64,000 nt of DNA, from contig JBPRGF010000017.1 of assembly GCA_051418015.1 (NCBI GenBank), positions 256,001-320,000 on the forward strand, written 5' to 3'. Numbering within the stretch: position 1 is the first letter of the stretch; each line of letters starts with the position of its first letter. This DNA comes from Candidatus Nitrospinota bacterium M3_3B_026. Lineage in GTDB: Bacteria > Nitrospinota_A > UBA7883 > JBPRGF01. The notes under the pieces are model-generated. The model was not told where the DNA came from. It saw nothing but the letters and a program-made list of their open reading frames with translations, and did not search any database. This document shows, piece after piece, positions 10,423 to 18,591 of this stretch. A program made the position numbers and the translations under genes.

Positions 10423-11055
10423 TCAAACCCTGTCCGCGAGCCCCAGGCTCCGCAACAGGATTATGTGCAAAGCCAGGACCGCCAGCAACAACGCCGGCAA
10501 CAGCATTATATGCAGGGCGAAGGTTCTGCCCAGCGAGAAATATCCCAGCATCATGTCCTTCAGCCAGTCGCCGGCCAGGGGAATGTATGAAAGCCAGTCC
10601 GCCCAGACCACAAGCTCCCAGTAGCTGCGCCAGTCCCACGGCAGGATTATGCCGGTGATGAGAAGCAGGGTGAACAGGAACCCCATGAAAAGCCCGGACC
10701 ACCAATTGAGTTCCCTCGGCGGCCGGTACGCCCGTTTCGCCATGACGTGGAACGCGTGAATGATAAGGAAAAACATGCCGAAGGTGGCGCTCCACCTATG
10801 GGCGTTCCGGAAAAGGGCGCCCACGCTAGTGGTGTTGGCCATGGTCTTTATGCTTTCGTGCGCAAGGTCCGGAACCGGCACGTAATACCACAACATGTAG
10901 AATCCCGTGATTATCTGGATAGCTATACAGCCTATCGTGAGACCTCCGAAAAGGCTCCAGAAGCTTGTGCTCTCCGGCAGGTTGAAGGCAACCTGCTCGC
11001 GGTAAAACCTCCTTACGCGAAGGCGGCGGTCAAACCAGTCGACAATCCTTCCCAA
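10423..11055 (-). CDS. Cytochrome b N-terminal half (cyt b6/PetB-like)
   Basis: QIITG...YYVP, RNAHRWSA...IIH, ELNWWSG, TGIILPWD, FALH...ALH: four heme-b His. Confidence 0.9.
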   Translation of the reverse strand: MGRIVDWFDRRLRVRRFYREQVAFNLPESTSFWSLFGGLTIGCIAIQIITGFYMLWYYVPVPDLAHESIKTMANTTSVGALFRNAHRWSATFGMFFLIIHAFHVMAKRAYRPPRELNWWSGLFMGFLFTLLLITGIILPWDWRSYWELVVWADWLSYIPLAGDWLKDMMLGYFSLGRTFALHIMLLPALLLAVLALHIILLRSLGLADRV

Positions 11056-11081
11056 TCGAAAATCCCCTCTCTCCCCACTTC

Positions 11082-11627
11082 CTATTCGCTTCCGCTATCG
11101 GCCCCGCTTCCGTTCTCGCCCTCCCCGGGCGGCCGGGCCTCGGCCGGCGCCTTGCGGTAGTGGCTTTCGTCTATGGTATCGCCCATGAAGTCTATCTTCC
11201 ACTCGTTGGCCTTCTCGTCGAGTATCAGGTTCATTTTGCTGTGAGTGGTGAAATAGTCCCCGAACGAGGAGGGTGTCTTCACCTCCAGCTTGACGGAGGC
11301 GACCCACTCGCCGCGCTCGTTCGGTTTCTCCGGCAAAACGGTCTCCAGTATCTTGATCTTGGAGTCCCCGCTGTAGTTGCTGGTCCACCGGCGGAAATCG
11401 TCCGGGTCGTACTCCATGTACGCCGTGCTGATCAGCGACTGCGCTTCCATCGTGGTCAGCTTGCCGCCCTTGGACAAAAGGTCGAAAAACCTCAGCACGA
11501 CCTGGTCCGGCGGCGTCTCCGGGAACTCCACCTTCTTGTCCGCCTTCGAGCAGGCGAGAGTCACCAGGACGACGGCCCCGGCCGCGAGAAGACGTGATGC
11601 CACTGTCATGACTTTTATTCTATTCAA
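11082..11627 (-). CDS. Hypothetical lipoprotein
   Basis: Lipobox-like VTLAC; fits operon packing. Confidence 0.7.
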   Translation of the reverse strand: MNRIKVMTVASRLLAAGAVVLVTLACSKADKKVEFPETPPDQVVLRFFDLLSKGGKLTTMEAQSLISTAYMEYDPDDFRRWTSNYSGDSKIKILETVLPEKPNERGEWVASVKLEVKTPSSFGDYFTTHSKMNLILDEKANEWKIDFMGDTIDESHYRKAPAEARPPGEGENGSGADSGSE

Positions 11628-11649
11628 AATCTGAACCGTCTTGATTAAT

Positions 11650-11686
11650 AAAAAAGGGAGGCCGGGTTCTCAAGGCCCGGCCTCCC
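11650..11686 (-). terminator. Rho-independent terminator after the nosZ-like gene
   Basis: GGGAGGCCGGG-loop-CCCGGCCTCCC next to an A-run (T-tract on the minus strand). Confidence 0.8.
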
Positions 11687-11727
11687 CTTGATTTCACTAC
11701 ATGCTCTGCAAAGGTCCGGCGCCTCCC

Positions 11728-13524
11728 TTATATGGTCGGCTCGTTCCCTTCGTTGAGCGTGTTCAACAGCTTGTTCGTACCGACGAGCCACTCACGCTCG
11801 GCCTCGTCCAGGAGTATCTCCTGCCTGGAGACCTCGTCGTAGTCGCCCGTGGACAGCGAAGCTGTGCCGCCCGGGGGATCCACGAACAGCGTGCCCCGCA
11901 TCTCGAGATGCAGCGGGCCGCAGAAGTGCTGGCAGTAGAACTCGTACTCGCCAGCCTTGTCGGCGACGAACTCCGCCACCTTGCTCATCCCGCGAACGCC
12001 GATCATCATGGTCTTGAGACCATAATGGCCGTACACGTTCCACCCCATCGTGACGTCCGGGTTCTTGGTCAAACCCGCCGCCTTGTCGATGTTGGTCAGG
12101 ATGACGCGCACCTTGGCGCCCTGAGGAACGTGGATGAACCTCGGGACGTAGCCGTAGGAGAACGCCTTGACGCGAACCACGTAGACGTCGCCGTCCTTGG
12201 TCACGCCCGGCTTGCCGTCGTCACGCGGGACCCAGTACTTCTTGGTCTCGGCGACATGCTTGGGCTCGAGCTGCGGATGCACGTTCGATCCAAGCGGCGT
12301 GTTGTCGAAGCTGACGTGCACGTCGCCAAGGTTGTAGCCCTTGGTGAAAAGGTCGTCGCCCTTGCCGGTGTTCCACCTCTGGATGAAGGTGGAGAATATC
12401 TGGCGGCCCTCATGAGGCTCGCCGTCCACCGGGATGATCTTGACGGTCTTGCCGTAGGTCTCGGAGGTCTCGTCGATGTCCTGCAGCTCGAAGTTCACCG
12501 CGAACACGATGCCCGTAGGAGTGAAAAGGCCCGTGGAGAACTTGTTCTGCGAGACATAGTAGGCGTTGTCCGGCGCAATCGAGTTGTGACCCACGCGGTA
12601 GTGGATCGGGAACTCGTCGACCAGCTGCATCCTCTGCAGATCAACCTTACAAGTGGAGTCCGACACGAAGGAAGATATGTAGTCATACTTGCCGAGCGTG
12701 TCGATCTGGTTGTGCAGGGGACCCGCGCCCACCGGGATGACCTTGTGCACCCTCAGCTTCTCCACGTCTATGACGGAGAGGGTGGCCGAGAGCTTGTCGC
12801 AGGTCGTCACCACGCGGTTGGTGGGGCTGACGTTGGTTCCGTGCGGGTTCTTGCCGACGGGGATCTCCTTTATCAGCTTGAAGGGATCCTGGCTGAACAC
12901 CATCACCGCGGAGTGATAGTAGTTGCCCGCAAAGACGTATTTGCCGTCCTTCGAGGTGTCCGGATAGTCCGGAGCGGAAGGCGCGGGCGGGATGTCGATG
13001 ACCGTCGAGGCGCCGTCGGAGAGGCGCAGCTTGATCATCTTGCCCGTCAGCTCACCGGTGGCGAACAGGTATTTTCCGTTCGGCGCCAGAGCCGCGCTGT
13101 GGTGAACGCCGAAAGGCTTGGGGAGAGCGAATATCCTCTCCGTCCAGCCTGTCTGCAGGTTCACCTCAACGATCGTGTCCGCGCCTTTGTCGGAAACGTA
13201 GAGGTACCGGCCGTCCGGCGTGCCGTTGTTGTTGCCCGCGTTCGACCCCGAGAAGGGGAAGTTGTGCAGGTCAACGCCGCACCGGATGTGCCTGTAGGTC
13301 CTCATCGACGGGATGCCGATGACGCCTATGGCGCCGTCCACACCGCCAGCGTCGTACAGGATCGCGTAGTCACGCAGGGGCGCGTCGCTGTCCTGCTCCG
13401 CCACCACGTGCCAGGGGCGCTTGTCAAATTCGGTCAGTTCGGTCTTTTTGGCCTCGGCGAAAGGCGCGCTCGCGAAAAGCGCCGCGACAGCCGCCACAAG
13501 CCCGAATAGTAGGCTTTTTCTCAC
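11728..13524 (-). CDS. nosZ: Divergent nitrous-oxide-reductase-like multicopper protein (Sec signal, beta-propeller, C-terminal CuA cupredoxin domain)
   Basis: AGG.DG.I.VIGIPSMR, DLHN, DGRYLYVSDK, GVHH, KNPHG, GPLH, HYRVGH, EPHE and YCQHFCGPLHLEM occur in NosZ order. Function is inferred. Confidence 0.8.
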   Translation of the reverse strand: MRKSLLFGLVAAVAALFASAPFAEAKKTELTEFDKRPWHVVAEQDSDAPLRDYAILYDAGGVDGAIGVIGIPSMRTYRHIRCGVDLHNFPFSGSNAGNNNGTPDGRYLYVSDKGADTIVEVNLQTGWTERIFALPKPFGVHHSAALAPNGKYLFATGELTGKMIKLRLSDGASTVIDIPPAPSAPDYPDTSKDGKYVFAGNYYHSAVMVFSQDPFKLIKEIPVGKNPHGTNVSPTNRVVTTCDKLSATLSVIDVEKLRVHKVIPVGAGPLHNQIDTLGKYDYISSFVSDSTCKVDLQRMQLVDEFPIHYRVGHNSIAPDNAYYVSQNKFSTGLFTPTGIVFAVNFELQDIDETSETYGKTVKIIPVDGEPHEGRQIFSTFIQRWNTGKGDDLFTKGYNLGDVHVSFDNTPLGSNVHPQLEPKHVAETKKYWVPRDDGKPGVTKDGDVYVVRVKAFSYGYVPRFIHVPQGAKVRVILTNIDKAAGLTKNPDVTMGWNVYGHYGLKTMMIGVRGMSKVAEFVADKAGEYEFYCQHFCGPLHLEMRGTLFVDPPGGTASLSTGDYDEVSRQEILLDEAEREWLVGTNKLLNTLNEGNEPTI

Positions 13525-13545
13525 AGGTCTCTCACCCCCTCTCGC

Positions 13546-13971
13546 TTATCTTTCGTGTTTGTAGTAGGCGCCGGCCTTGGCGTCCTTCGCCAGGCGCTTG
13601 ACCATGTAGTCGTTCGGGTCAAGGATGTCGATCCTTCGGGCGTGCCACTTGCCGTCCTTGTACCAGCCGTAAGCGGCGATAAGGTCGCCCTTCTTAAGCT
13701 CCTTGAACTTCTTGAACACCCCGCGCTTGGCCGTCATGACGTAACACTCGGGATGGAGATAAAGATCGTAGGACTTGGACTTCTTCTCGAACTTCGTCGC
13801 GATCGTCAGCTGACGATTCCCGATGTCCTTGATCTCTCCAACGTACAGGGTGTCCGTCTTGGACGAACCGTTGCCCAGAACGTCCGCCGAAGCGAACCCG
13901 GGCCACAACACCATGGACGCCATGCCGACTGCCACTGCGGCAGCCATGTAGAAAATGGATTTTCTCACCAC
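13546..13971 (-). CDS. Small secreted protein, possibly OB-fold (DUF5666-like); first gene of the nosZ-like transcript
   Basis: GTG start with GGGGGTG RBS; signal peptide ending ASA; ELKKGDLIAAYG...ARRIDI pattern. Confidence 0.7.
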   Translation of the reverse strand: MVRKSIFYMAAAVAVGMASMVLWPGFASADVLGNGSSKTDTLYVGEIKDIGNRQLTIATKFEKKSKSYDLYLHPECYVMTAKRGVFKKFKELKKGDLIAAYGWYKDGKWHARRIDILDPNDYMVKRLAKDAKAGAYYKHER

Positions 13972-14053
13972 GTCACCCCCTTCCGCTAATTACAAATAGC
14001 ATTTCCACACTCCGCGATTGTAGATACGGTCGTTAACTGATCAATTGGGTATG

Positions 14054-14069
14054 TGCAATCAATATACCA
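14054..14069 (-). promoter_or_regulatory. Sigma-54 (-24/-12) promoter
   Basis: Minus strand TGGTATATTGATTGCA = GG-N10-GC; consensus is TGGCAC-N5-TTGCW. Confidence 0.8.
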
Positions 14070-14106
14070 ACAGCGCCCCGTGGAGCCCTGAAGGCAACTC
14101 CCCTAT

Positions 14107-14119
14107 TATCAAGCAATTA
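14107..14119. promoter_or_regulatory. IHF binding site (second perfect match at 14213-14225)
   Basis: TATCAAGCAATTA and AATCAAGTTGTTG both match WATCAANNNNTTR; the first lies ~40 bp upstream of the -24 element. Confidence 0.65.
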
Positions 14120-14324
14120 TAGCCCAAGAGAGACGGGCCGGAATTAATCAAAAAATTCAATGTTGCCTCCCGATTGTTACAGCATATCTGGGCCGACTGA
14201 AACAGGCCAAAAAATCAAGTTGTTGGCGAATCAAGATTTGTCACCCTCAAATTACACATATCAATGAATACCCGGGCGCCGGAATAACGTTTCGTTTAAG
14301 CCAAATAACACGCTTTGTCTAAAT

Positions 14325-17081
14325 TCATTGTTCTATCAATGAGTCCGCAATGTCCGGCCGGAGGCGGGCGAGGTCTTCGAAAGCGGCGGAAGCCTTCTCG
14401 GTCATCCCCATGCGCTGGTAGGCCTTCGCCAGGTAAAAGTGCGCCTCCAGGAGCCTGGGGTTGACGCTCCTGGCCCACTCGAAAAGCTCCGCGGATTTCC
14501 TGTAATCGCGACGGTGGTAGTACAGGTAGGCCATGTCGAACAGGGCGAACCCCAGGAACGGGTCGCCCGGTATCAACTCCGCCGCCTTTTCGTAAGACTC
14601 CAGCTCGGCCGGGTATTCCCGGACGGCGTGATAGGCCTTTCCTTCAAGCAACATGGTCCGCCCCCGGTAGTACCTGTCCACCGCCGCCCGAAGCTCAGGG
14701 TCCGCGGCCGCGCCTGGGATGAGAGCCGTGACCTTCTTTCTTTCGCCAATCAGCGAGGCGAAGTTCCTGACGGCGTACTCGTCCCTTTTGAAGACGGCCC
14801 GGGGGGCAGTGTACTCTATCACGGGGTTGTTGTCGGTGTTCACCGGCGCGGCGGCGGTGAAGTCCATAACCCCCTCCCGGTCAGTCACGTAGAAGCTGAG
14901 AAAGGAGAGGGGGTCGGCGCTTTCTATCATGTCCTCTCTCACCGGCTCCGCGGCCAGCCTCTCGGCCAGCTTCGCTGGATTGATAAGGATCGGGTCGGCC
15001 GAGCCCAGGAGCATCAGTGTCGGCAGCCTGCTGTTCAGATCCCCGTACCAGACGGCCACGTTCTCGAAGGCCTCCGCGAAGGTCCGCATTATCACCTTCA
15101 GGTTGTCCGGTGACAGCTGGTAGAGCGGCAGCCACTGCGCCATCGCCCCTCCCCTCTTGAGTTTTTCCTTCACGTTCCGGAAATGCTGGAGGGAGTAAAG
15201 GCTGCCCACCCCGGCGCTGTCCGGCTGAAACAGGTCGGATATCACCAGGTCGTATTTTCTTTCCGTGACCCGGGTATAATGGCGCCCGTCCCAGAAGGTG
15301 AGGTGAAACCTCCTGTCGGAGACGATGTTGTGGTTGTCCTTTTTGAAAAAGGACTGCGCGTCCAGCAGCGTGGGGACGATCTCTACGCATTCGATCTTCT
15401 CCACGGGATGGCCCCCCACGGAGCCGGCGGTTATCCCGGAGCCGAGGGAGATCAGCAGGACGTCCTTCGCCTCCGGCTTCAAAAGCAGCGGGACATGGCC
15501 GAACCGGACCGCCACGTCGCCGCTTGTGGCCAGCTGGTAATTGTTCACCATGAGCGTCAGCGGCCCGTTTTTGTTCTCCCTGGTGACTCTCACCGTGCCC
15601 ATGACCCCCTCTTCGGCGAAGACCACCTCCCCCGGCGCCTGCGGGCCCAGTCCCACGTTTATCCCGGATATGGCCACGCCGCCGATGATGAGAAGGGCCG
15701 GGGCGGCCGACGCGGGAAAGACGTAACTCATCTGCCTGCGCCCGGCGGAGTTCGCTATCGCCGCGTAGCCCGCGATGAGCGCCGCCACGGAGACCAGGAA
15801 AACGCCGTTCTGCAGGCCAAGCGCCGGCAGCAGCAAAAACCCCGCCGCCAAGGACCCGGCGATGCCCCCGGCCGTGCCCACGGCGTAGGCCAGCCCCGCG
15901 TCACGGCCCAGCGAGCCGAGGGACTGTATGGTTATCCTGCATATCAGGGGATAGGCCACGCCCATCAGAAAGGTGGGAAGGATGAAGACCATCCCCATAA
16001 GCGTCAGCATTACCAATATGTTCCTGGCCCAGTCCATCTGCCCGAAGCTGCGGCCGAGGCTCACGGCCATGTCCGGCGCCAGGTGGAAAAAGAGCACGCT
16101 GACCATCCCGAAAAGCCCCACCCCCACCTGGGTAAGACCGAAAATTTTCACCGGGTCCCTCATCCCGTCCAACCTGCGGCTCACAACGTGGCTGCCGAGG
16201 GCCATGCCGAAAAGAAACACCGTCAGGAGGTTGCTGAAAAGGTAGACCGTCGACTTGAAGGAGACCACGAACGCCCGCGTCCACAGGACCTCGAACGAAA
16301 GCGAGACGAAGCCCGACACAGCGAAGAGAGCGAGGGCGAGCGAGGCCGGTATCGCCGCTCCATGGGCGCCGGCGGCGCCGGAGACGGCGCTCTCCTCTTT
16401 TTTCTTTTTCTTCCCCCTCGGGCGGGGGGTTGATTTCTTCTGTCTCACATCTCCGGCCTCCACGGCGGGGCCTCTCCCGGCGGCCCACACACCGAAAGCC
16501 GCGGCCAGGTTCAAGACAACAGCCGCCGCGAACGAACCCCGCATGCCGAGGAGAGGCACCATCGCGAACCCGCTGAAAAAGGCGCCCGCCATGCCGCCGT
16601 AGGTGTTCGCCGCGTATATGGCGCCCATCCCCGCGCCGACCTTCTCGAAGCTGGGGACATAGAGCTTGCCCATGACAGGCAGCGTGCCGCCCATCAGGAA
16701 GGTGGGGCCGACGAGAAGGGCGAACATCACGACAAACCTGAACAGTATCCACCCCCCGGAGTTTATCGATTCCACGGTCATCACCCGGACGATCGCGTCA
16801 TCGGCCAGGTATATGAGCCCCGTGACGGTGACCGCCAGGACGGCTATCCCCACCTCCAGTCCGACATACGCGGCGAGGGGGTTTTTCATCCTGTCCGCCC
16901 TCTTCCCGAGAAAGTGGCTCCCCAGGGCGAGGCCGGAAAGAAACGCCGCCACAACCATCGACACCGCGTAGACGGTATTGCCGAACACCAGGGACAACAT
17001 GCGTATCCACAGTATCTGATACACGAGCCCCGCCGCGCCCGACATGAAAAAACAGAAAAGCAAAACAACTCTGCCGCTCAT
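14325..17081 (-). CDS. Fused MFS-like / spermidine-synthase-like / TPR protein (copy 2)
   Basis: SGAAGLVYQILWIRML, IYAANTYG, LLISLGSGIT, WDGRHY, AQWLPLYQL; C-terminal TPRs. Confidence 0.9.
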   Translation of the reverse strand: MSGRVVLLFCFFMSGAAGLVYQILWIRMLSLVFGNTVYAVSMVVAAFLSGLALGSHFLGKRADRMKNPLAAYVGLEVGIAVLAVTVTGLIYLADDAIVRVMTVESINSGGWILFRFVVMFALLVGPTFLMGGTLPVMGKLYVPSFEKVGAGMGAIYAANTYGGMAGAFFSGFAMVPLLGMRGSFAAAVVLNLAAAFGVWAAGRGPAVEAGDVRQKKSTPRPRGKKKKKEESAVSGAAGAHGAAIPASLALALFAVSGFVSLSFEVLWTRAFVVSFKSTVYLFSNLLTVFLFGMALGSHVVSRRLDGMRDPVKIFGLTQVGVGLFGMVSVLFFHLAPDMAVSLGRSFGQMDWARNILVMLTLMGMVFILPTFLMGVAYPLICRITIQSLGSLGRDAGLAYAVGTAGGIAGSLAAGFLLLPALGLQNGVFLVSVAALIAGYAAIANSAGRRQMSYVFPASAAPALLIIGGVAISGINVGLGPQAPGEVVFAEEGVMGTVRVTRENKNGPLTLMVNNYQLATSGDVAVRFGHVPLLLKPEAKDVLLISLGSGITAGSVGGHPVEKIECVEIVPTLLDAQSFFKKDNHNIVSDRRFHLTFWDGRHYTRVTERKYDLVISDLFQPDSAGVGSLYSLQHFRNVKEKLKRGGAMAQWLPLYQLSPDNLKVIMRTFAEAFENVAVWYGDLNSRLPTLMLLGSADPILINPAKLAERLAAEPVREDMIESADPLSFLSFYVTDREGVMDFTAAAPVNTDNNPVIEYTAPRAVFKRDEYAVRNFASLIGERKKVTALIPGAAADPELRAAVDRYYRGRTMLLEGKAYHAVREYPAELESYEKAAELIPGDPFLGFALFDMAYLYYHRRDYRKSAELFEWARSVNPRLLEAHFYLAKAYQRMGMTEKASAAFEDLARLRPDIADSLIEQ

Positions 17082-17159
17082 GGTCTCCCTAACTGAAAAA
17101 TCGAAAAGCCCCCGTCCTCCGGCCTGTCCGGCCGGGGCCCGGAGGCGCGCTGTCCCTCG

Positions 17160-18587
17160 TCACGTCCTTTTCCCGCCGCTTTTTTCCTCTCCGTCCTCCC
17201 TGGCCTTTCCCCTGGCCGCCCGCTCCTGGCCTATCATCTGGTTCAGGCCGGTTCGCTTGAGCATCCTGTAAAGCGACATTCTCGCCACCCCGGCCTTCTC
17301 CGAGGCTTTTGAGATATTGCCGTTCTCGCTCAACAGCAGGTTCTCAAGATACACCCTTTCGAATCGCTCCAGCCACCTGCGCCGCGCCTCCTTGAAGGAG
17401 ACCCCGTTCAGGCTGTCCCTGGGCGTCCTCACCTCCTCCGGCAGAAGCTCCACGGTTATAAGCCCGTCCTCGGCCAGCGACGCGGCCCTTTCCACCACGT
17501 TCCTGAGTTGGCGGACGTTCCCCGGCCAGTCGTACTCCATCAGCCTGGCCAGAGATTCGGCGCTGAGCTTCGGCGGCGGCTCGCCGCCCTTTTTCGCCAG
17601 GTGGTTGAAGAAATTGTCGCACAGTATGCCCACGTCCTCCTTGCGTTCCCGCAGTGGGGGCATGTCTATGCTCACGACGTTGAGACAGTAGTAGAGGTTT
17701 TCCCGGAACCTTTTCTGCACCATGGCCTCGCTCAGGCTGATGGTCGTCCCAGCCAGCACCCTCACATCCACGGGTACCCACTCCCACTCTCCCCGCCGAA
17801 CCACCTTCCTGTCCTGCAGTATCCGGAGAAGCCGCGCCTGCATCGAAGCGTCCAGGTCCTCGACCCTCTCCAGGTAGAGCGTCCCTCCGTCCGCGGCCTC
17901 GAACACGCTCTTCCTGGCGTGCTCTTTTCCGTCATCTCCCCCTGCCGGGGCGGCCTCCAGCAGATCCTTCGTGACCGTGGAGCAGTCGGTGACGATGAAA
18001 GGCCCCTCCGCCCGGTGGCTGTGCAGGTGTATGGCCCGGGCGGCCATCTCCTTGCCGGAGCCGGTCTCGCCGCGGATCAGGACGTTCGACTCGGTGCCCG
18101 CCACCTTGCGGATCATCTCCACCACCTTGAGAAAGCTCGGATGCTTGCCCACAAAATGATGGTTGAAAAAGTCGCGCTCCAGTTCCTTTCTCAGGGCCCT
18201 GTTCTCGGCCCACATCCGGTATTTCTCCACGGCGCGGCGCACGGTTATGATGAGCTGGTCGGCGGAGAAGGGTTTCGTCACGTAGTCGAACGCGCCCTGC
18301 TTGACCGCTTCCACCACGCCGTTGATGGTGGCGTAGGCGGATATCATTATCACCGGCGCGCCGGGGAACTCCTCGCGCATCTCCCCCAGGATCATCATCC
18401 CGTCCTTGCCCGGCATCCTGAAATCCGTGACGACGACCCAGGGCCTCACCCGCCGCGCAAGGTCCAGGGCCTCCCCGGCGCGCGTGGTGGTGACGATCTC
18501 GTACCCCTCGTCCTCCAGTATCCTCACGCAGCTTTCGAGCAGGTCCTCCTCGTCGTCTATCAGCAGTATCCTCGGAGCTTCTCTCAT
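17160..18587 (-). CDS. NtrC-family response regulator with degenerate AAA+ domain (no GAFTGA)
   Basis: REC domain (IDDE, TDFRMPG), Walker A GETGSGKE, WPGNVRQL, Fis-type HTH; GAFTGA loop and Walker B DE are missing. Confidence 0.9.
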   Translation of the reverse strand: MREAPRILLIDDEEDLLESCVRILEDEGYEIVTTTRAGEALDLARRVRPWVVVTDFRMPGKDGMMILGEMREEFPGAPVIMISAYATINGVVEAVKQGAFDYVTKPFSADQLIITVRRAVEKYRMWAENRALRKELERDFFNHHFVGKHPSFLKVVEMIRKVAGTESNVLIRGETGSGKEMAARAIHLHSHRAEGPFIVTDCSTVTKDLLEAAPAGGDDGKEHARKSVFEAADGGTLYLERVEDLDASMQARLLRILQDRKVVRRGEWEWVPVDVRVLAGTTISLSEAMVQKRFRENLYYCLNVVSIDMPPLRERKEDVGILCDNFFNHLAKKGGEPPPKLSAESLARLMEYDWPGNVRQLRNVVERAASLAEDGLITVELLPEEVRTPRDSLNGVSFKEARRRWLERFERVYLENLLLSENGNISKASEKAGVARMSLYRMLKRTGLNQMIGQERAARGKAREDGEEKSGGKRT

Positions 18588-18591
18588 ATTT

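Noticed and set aside
10394..10795. 133-aa alternative-frame ORF that might indicate a frameshift joining the two cytochrome b halves
   Set aside because: The split falls at the natural b6/subunit IV boundary, and the second gene has its own RBS (GGAAGGGAG) and start.
11701..13509. 602-aa plus-strand ORF (also 176-1462, 26859-28457, 28611-30536, 35183-37348)
   Set aside because: Antisense shadows of well-supported minus-strand genes.
11728..13524. Alternative call as cytochrome cd1 nitrite reductase, cytochrome c oxidase subunit II or thiocyanate dehydrogenase
   Set aside because: No CxxCH and no TM helices; the propeller-plus-CuA arrangement with PSMR/PHG/GPLH/GH/EPH motifs fits NosZ best.
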